From positions 1-10,294 of the forward strand of contig JBMFWF010000016.1 in assembly GCA_049965555.1 (NCBI GenBank): a stretch of 10,294 bases of DNA, given 5' to 3'. The notes beneath the pieces are model-generated. The model had not been told where the DNA came from and searched no databases. It was given only the letters and a program-made list of their open reading frames with translations. The position numbers and the translations under genes were made by a program. Positions within the stretch are counted from its first letter, which is position 1; each line of letters opens with the position of its first letter. Shown here piece after piece: positions 6,190 to 10,294 of this stretch. The stretch is from Candidatus Parvarchaeum sp. (GTDB lineage Archaea > Nanobdellota > Nanobdellia > Parvarchaeales > Parvarchaeaceae).

Positions 6190-6990
6190 CTAAGAAAAAA
6201 GGTAGGAGGCTATGCTTTTTGCCTGCGCATAACCTATATTTTTGTTAAAAGATGAAACTAAGACTAAAGACTTGCCGTTCAACAGATAAATATCAGTAAC
6301 GTTTTCCAGTGATGAATTCGTTGAATTCAGCTGTCCGTTTATGTAAATCATGCTTGAACTGCCTATATTAGAGGTGTTAACCTTAAGCCTTGAATCGTTT
6401 GCATACCTCGAAGTTATGCCTGCTTCTGCTCCTGTGAAAATTGAGCTTGCTTCTGAAGAAGAGTTAATATAATATACTGTGGATATGAAACTTGTCAAGT
6501 TAGCCTTTGATGTGTTGGCTGTTATTTTAGATACTTCCGAAAAAGGAATAAATTCCTGCACTGCAGCTGCTACAGTTCCGGCAGGAAACTGCCCCGTGCC
6601 TTGATAATTCTTTATGACCGTTGAATTTGCTGTTTGGTTGTATACCAAAGACCAATTTCCTCCTATCATAGAATTAAGAGCGGAATTTGAGATATAATTT
6701 ATCGGAGTATAGCTTATAGAGCTTATTGCTGCTTTTCCAGAAGGATGGATAAGGAAAATTGCAATGATGATTACAGCTGCTATTACGATAACTGCAGGTA
6801 CAATTATTTTTACAGGAATTTTAACAGGTTTTTTGCCTTTTGGCTCTTGTTCTGCTGCGCTGCTGCCGCTTAAATTTGCAGTGTCCTTTGATTCGCTTTC
6901 TACTGTTTTCTTGCTTTCTTCCGGATCTTGATTTGATTTTTTGGTTTCTTCTTTTAAATCAAGATTCTGCTTGTTTTTATCAGAATCCAT
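6190..6990 (-). CDS. Single-pass membrane glycoprotein with a charged cytoplasmic N-terminal tail and a possible PsbP/PknH-like external domain
   Basis: 266 aa. About 55 aa of K/E/S-rich tail, a transmembrane helix IIVPAVIVIAAVIIIAIFLI, then 11 N-x-S/T sequons after the helix. Confidence 0.85.
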   Translation of the reverse strand: MDSDKNKQNLDLKEETKKSNQDPEESKKTVESESKDTANLSGSSAAEQEPKGKKPVKIPVKIIVPAVIVIAAVIIIAIFLIHPSGKAAISSISYTPINYISNSALNSMIGGNWSLVYNQTANSTVIKNYQGTGQFPAGTVAAAVQEFIPFSEVSKITANTSKANLTSFISTVYYINSSSEASSIFTGAEAGITSRYANDSRLKVNTSNIGSSSMIYINGQLNSTNSSLENVTDIYLLNGKSLVLVSSFNKNIGYAQAKSIASYLFS

Positions 6991-7011
6991 CCAATACCTA
7001 GATTATTGGGA

Positions 7012-7027
7012 TATTTAAAAGCTTCCC
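7012..7027 (-). promoter_or_regulatory. Putative BRE/TATA (GGGAAGC-TTTTAAATA) for the 6990 gene
   Basis: TTTTAAATA on the minus strand at 7012-7020, 21 nt before the ATG. Confidence 0.6.
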
Positions 7028-7029
7028 TA

Positions 7030-7395
7030 TTACTGCAGCAGCTCTTCCATTTTGCTTTCTAGTTTTCCGGAAATTGCTTTCACCCTCTTCAAAGAAGCAA
7101 GGGGTTCGTCTCTGACTACTAAATACTGATATTTCTTGTTTGTATCTATGAGGATGGAGAACTGCCCTACGTATAAATGAAGCAGTTTTGAAACCGGCCT
7201 GAAAAATGAAAGGTTTACACATTCACCTTTTCTCATATACAGGTCGCCGCACATCCTTCCTGTTAAATAGGATTTTTCAGTGTAAAGATCTAAATCGCTT
7301 GCTGCTTTTTCCAGATAATCTATCAAATTTAATCCTCTCTCTTCTCTTTTTAATTTTATTTTAAATGGATATTCGCTTTTATCTTCGTATGCCAT
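7030..7395 (-). CDS. Hypothetical protein
   Basis: 121-aa ORF with protein-like composition and a strong TATA box at the expected distance. No family was recognised. Confidence 0.75.
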   Translation of the reverse strand: MAYEDKSEYPFKIKLKREERGLNLIDYLEKAASDLDLYTEKSYLTGRMCGDLYMRKGECVNLSFFRPVSKLLHLYVGQFSILIDTNKKYQYLVVRDEPLASLKRVKAISGKLESKMEELLQ

Positions 7396-7418
7396 TTGAG
7401 TACAATGAATAGATTCAT

Positions 7419-7433
7419 TATTTAAATCTTTCT
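7419..7433 (-). promoter_or_regulatory. Putative BRE/TATA (AGAAAGA-TTTAAATA) for the 7395 gene
   Basis: Consensus TTTAAATA at 7419-7426 with a purine-rich BRE, 23 nt before the ATG. Confidence 0.65.
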
Positions 7434-7509
7434 AACAATGAAAAAAGAATTTGGACTTTTACAATTGTATGGATTAATTTAATCTGCTAACCTTTTTAAA
7501 ATAGCAATG

Positions 7510-7514
7510 AAAAA
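7510..7514 (-). terminator. Oligo-T terminator-like tract directly after tRNA-Ser
   Basis: TTTTT on the minus strand immediately 3' of the discriminator base. Confidence 0.45.
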
Positions 7515-7597
7515 CGCTGGGTGCAGGATTCGAACCTACGCATCCTTTCGGAAACCGGTTCTCGAGACCGGCGCTTTAACCGCTCAGCCAACCCAGC
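7515..7597 (-). tRNA. tRNA-Ser (anticodon CGA), intronless
   Basis: GCTGGGT TG GCT GAGCGGTTAA AGC G CCGGT CT-CGA-GA ACCGG TTTCCGAAAGGATGC GTAGG TTCGAAT CCTGC ACCCAGC G. It has a long variable arm, discriminator G73, the canonical D-loop GG and TTC, and no encoded CCA. Confidence 0.97.
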
Positions 7598-7664
7598 TTT
7601 TCACTTTTTATATGAATTTTCTACTTATTATTGCTTTAAATTTTACTTTTGCTATTAAAATAGC

Positions 7665-8678
7665 ATGGAAGTAACACTTATAGCAGAGACTTTAGACCCT
7701 AGCAAAGGCGGCATACCCAGATATAACTATGAGGTTGCTAAGATAAAGGAGATAAAAAACGCCATAGATTTTTCAAAAAGCTTAAGCAATGAAGGATTGC
7801 TTAACAAATATCTAAACAAATTATACAGAAGAAAAATGATTATAGAAAAAAATTCCAATGAACTTGGAAAACTTCTGCATTTCACACAGCCTGAAGTCAT
7901 GGTTAAAACAAAGGAATTAAAGAAAAGGAAAGTAATACTTACAGTGCATGATCTTGCAGTCTTTGGCACGATGAAAGTAAAAGGTTTGTACGGCAGCATG
8001 CGCGGAATTTCATTTAGGAAACAGTTCAAATTTGCAGTACAGCGTGCCGACACAATAATGGTGAACAGCACGCAAACCAGAGATGAGCTGATAAACATAC
8101 TTAAAACTGATCCGGGGAAGATAGTTGTTGACAACTTGGGCATAGAAGAAAAATTCAAGCCTTTAGAAGCCAAAAAAGATGGGATAATAGGCTACTTTGG
8201 AGGTTTCAATAGGAGAAAAAGAGTTGAGAAGCTCATCGAAGACTTTATAGCCTCTTCATTGAATGCGAAGCTTAAGCTGGTAATATTCGGGAATAATGAG
8301 GATTACCCCATACTAAAGAAAAAATATGAAAAGTTCGGGAGCATAATCTTCAAGGATAAGATACCTGAAGAAGAAATTGTAAAAGTGATAAACGGCTTTG
8401 ACTACTTTGTTTATCCTACTTCGTATGAAGGCTTCGGCTTGCCATTACTGGAATGCATAGCCTGCGGCATACCTTCTTTTATATACAAAGATGCAGTAAT
8501 CCCGGAAGAAGTCAAAAAGTACGCTGTTGAGATAGAAAAACTTGATGATATAAGCACAAAGGACTACAAAGAACTGCAAAAAGAGTTTCTAGAGAAATCT
8601 AAAAAAGTGAAAGAGGAATTCTCCTGGGATAAATGCAGAGAGGTGCTCAAAGAAGAGTACAAAAAGTTATTAAGCTAA
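7665..8678 (+). CDS. Glycosyltransferase family 4 (GT-B fold, retaining)
   Basis: 337 aa. N-terminal GGIPRY, ILTVHDL, IMVNSTQTRDEL, GYFGGFNRRKRV and the E-x7-E motif YPTSYEGFGLPLLEC. Confidence 0.93.
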   Translation: MEVTLIAETLDPSKGGIPRYNYEVAKIKEIKNAIDFSKSLSNEGLLNKYLNKLYRRKMIIEKNSNELGKLLHFTQPEVMVKTKELKKRKVILTVHDLAVFGTMKVKGLYGSMRGISFRKQFKFAVQRADTIMVNSTQTRDELINILKTDPGKIVVDNLGIEEKFKPLEAKKDGIIGYFGGFNRRKRVEKLIEDFIASSLNAKLKLVIFGNNEDYPILKKKYEKFGSIIFKDKIPEEEIVKVINGFDYFVYPTSYEGFGLPLLECIACGIPSFIYKDAVIPEEVKKYAVEIEKLDDISTKDYKELQKEFLEKSKKVKEEFSWDKCREVLKEEYKKLLS

Positions 8679-8709
8679 AGGATTAATTTACATTATCTTT
8701 AAAGTATTA

Positions 8710-10038
8710 ATGGAACCAGACGTTTTGCTCATAGTTTGCGACAGTTTGCGTAAGGACATAATGCAAATCTACGGAGGAGAAGCTAAAACCCCTAATTTAT
8801 TAAAGCTCGGAGAAGATGCAGTCGTTTACGAAAACGCTATTGCTCCTTCTCCATGGACATTTCCTTCCCATGTTTCATTGTTCACAGGCTTGTACTTAAA
8901 CGAGCACAAAGTGCATGAAACCGAAAAAGACAAGCTTTTGGATTTAACCAAATTCAATTTGGACTTAAAGGCTGAAAGATTGGCAGAGTACCTTTCAAAC
9001 AAAGGCTATAACACCTTGGGAATATCCAACAACCCGATGGTATCTACTCAAACTGCCTTTGACATCGGATTCCAAAACTTCTTCATGATAGACCCTTTTC
9101 CAGTGAGCAAGGAAGACCCTGTTTTTCAGGAAGCTAGAAGATTGGGAGCAAGCCCAAAAGAAATAGCATTAAAGCTCATCAAGCAGGGCAAATTCAAAAA
9201 AATACTTGAATTTGCTAAATTGCGCAAAAGAGAAAAATTAATCAGCGAAGTCATAAATTTTCCATTAGACAAAGGAGCGGAGCTTACAAACAAGCTGCTT
9301 TTAAACGGGAATTGGGAAAGCAAGTTCTTCAGATTCATCAACTTTTTGGAAGTACATGAACCTTACAGGAACTACAACTCCAAAGAAGTCTGGGACAACG
9401 TTACTGGTATAAAGCCCATGAGCCAGAATTCGATAAAAAACATAAGAAAAGAGTACATAGCAGAGATGGAGTATTTAGATAACCAGATAGGCAAATTGAT
9501 TTCAACCTTGAAAAAGGCGGGAAAATACGACAACACGATGATAATAATAACCTCTGACCATGGACAGGCAATAAATGAACATGGATACATGCTGCACAGC
9601 ACTTACCTCTATGATGAATTGACTAGAATACCGATGATAATAAAATATCCAAACAGTAAAAAATTCGAGAAGAAAAAGGGCTATCAGAACCTGGTTTATA
9701 TTCCAAAGCTTATAAAGGATGTCTTAGAGGAAGGGGATGACTCCGCCATCTACAGTGAGACTACATTCAGCGAAGCCTACGGCGCGGTCATTGTTTTACC
9801 GGGTGGCTACAAGGACAGAGAGGAATACGTTAAAAAGAAATATGAAAAACTGAGGAAAGCAGTATACAAAGACGGTTTCAAATTAACTGTAAACGGTACT
9901 GACGGTACAATAGAAGAATTTTTGGAAGGAGAAAAAGAAATAAAGGTAGAAGAGAATAAGGAAAAAGCAAAAGAACTTTTGGAAGAGTTGGAGATCTTCA
10001 AAGGCAAAGAAGAATTTATTATACCAAAAATCAATTAA
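8710..10038 (+). CDS. Sulfatase-like hydrolase/transferase (alkaline phosphatase superfamily) with a Thr nucleophile
   Basis: 442 aa. PDVLLIVCDSLRKD, TPNL, APSPWTFPSHVSLFTG, FINFLEVHEPY, YLDNQIG, NTMIIITSDHG and HSTYLYDELTRIPMII. Confidence 0.92.
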   Translation: MEPDVLLIVCDSLRKDIMQIYGGEAKTPNLLKLGEDAVVYENAIAPSPWTFPSHVSLFTGLYLNEHKVHETEKDKLLDLTKFNLDLKAERLAEYLSNKGYNTLGISNNPMVSTQTAFDIGFQNFFMIDPFPVSKEDPVFQEARRLGASPKEIALKLIKQGKFKKILEFAKLRKREKLISEVINFPLDKGAELTNKLLLNGNWESKFFRFINFLEVHEPYRNYNSKEVWDNVTGIKPMSQNSIKNIRKEYIAEMEYLDNQIGKLISTLKKAGKYDNTMIIITSDHGQAINEHGYMLHSTYLYDELTRIPMIIKYPNSKKFEKKKGYQNLVYIPKLIKDVLEEGDDSAIYSETTFSEAYGAVIVLPGGYKDREEYVKKKYEKLRKAVYKDGFKLTVNGTDGTIEEFLEGEKEIKVEENKEKAKELLEELEIFKGKEEFIIPKIN

Positions 10039-10192
10039 ACCGAAAAATACAACAGAATTTACTAAAAAGTTTTAATTACTGGCTATTAAATGTTTACAGA
10101 GATTATACACAAATAAGCTACAAAACTATGAATATTTTATAAACCTTACTCAAAACCTACTGAATTTATCGATAAATATCAATCCAAAAATT

Positions 10193-10206
10193 GAAAAGTT
10201 TATAAT
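10193..10206 (+). promoter_or_regulatory. Putative BRE/TATA (GAAAAG-TTTATAAT)
   Basis: Near-consensus archaeal promoter 22 nt before the ATG at 10229. Confidence 0.6.
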
Positions 10207-10228
10207 ACATTCACTGACTAATTAAAAA

Positions 10229-10294
10229 ATGAATTTAGATAAACTAATGATGCAAATGAATGAAGTAGTCGTATCCTACCTTTCCCTAAAGTAG
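10229..10294 (+). CDS. Possible 21-aa small ORF (MNLDKLMMQMNEVVVSYLSLK*) or the interrupted start of a longer gene
   Basis: The ATG sits at leaderless spacing from a strong TATA box. The frame ends in TAG at the last three bases of the window. Confidence 0.3.
   Translation: MNLDKLMMQMNEVVVSYLSLK

Noticed and set aside
5759-7222. Plus-strand ORFs at 5759, 5960 and 6998
   Set aside because: Antisense shadows of the MazG-like and hypothetical genes.
329-7597. tRNA introns or split tRNAs, known from some DPANN lineages
   Set aside because: Both tRNAs fold completely at normal length (71 and 83 nt) with no bulge-helix-bulge insertion.
7727-10034. Minus-strand ORFs at 7727, 9126, 9372 and 9807
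   Set aside because: F/S/L-rich antisense shadows of the K/E-rich GT4 and sulfatase-like genes.
1-10294. CRISPR array, IS element or integrase
   Set aside because: No regularly spaced repeats, terminal inverted repeats or transposase/recombinase motifs were seen.

Overview
AT-rich archaeal chromosomal window. Compact genes, TATA/BRE promoters about 22-28 nt upstream of start codons, archaeal-type tRNAs without encoded CCA and sequon-rich surface proteins point to an archaeon. A small DPANN lineage such as Parvarchaeota or Micrarchaeota is plausible but inferred. From left to right it holds: a disrupted 52-aa-repeat (beta-propeller-like) surface-protein fragment just past the 3' end of an atypical tRNA-Gly(CCC); a Pro/Gln-rich coiled-coil protein coupled to a Trbp111/MetRS-C-like tRNA-binding protein; a minus-strand run of XPD/Rad3 Fe-S helicase, a heavily N-glycosylated membrane-anchored protein, a HerA/VirB4-like (DUF87-type) ATPase, a MazG-like dNTP pyrophosphatase, a second membrane glycoprotein and a hypothetical protein; tRNA-Ser(CGA); then a GT4 glycosyltransferase and a sulfatase-fold enzyme with Thr instead of Cys/Ser at the nucleophile position. 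The most notable items are the ATPase plus LolA-like glycoprotein pair (candidate uptake or host-interaction module), the tRNA-Gly with an A18/G55 elbow, the Thr-type 'sulfatase' next to the GT4, and the pseudogene at the tRNA-Gly 3' end. No CRISPR array, rRNA or transposase was seen.
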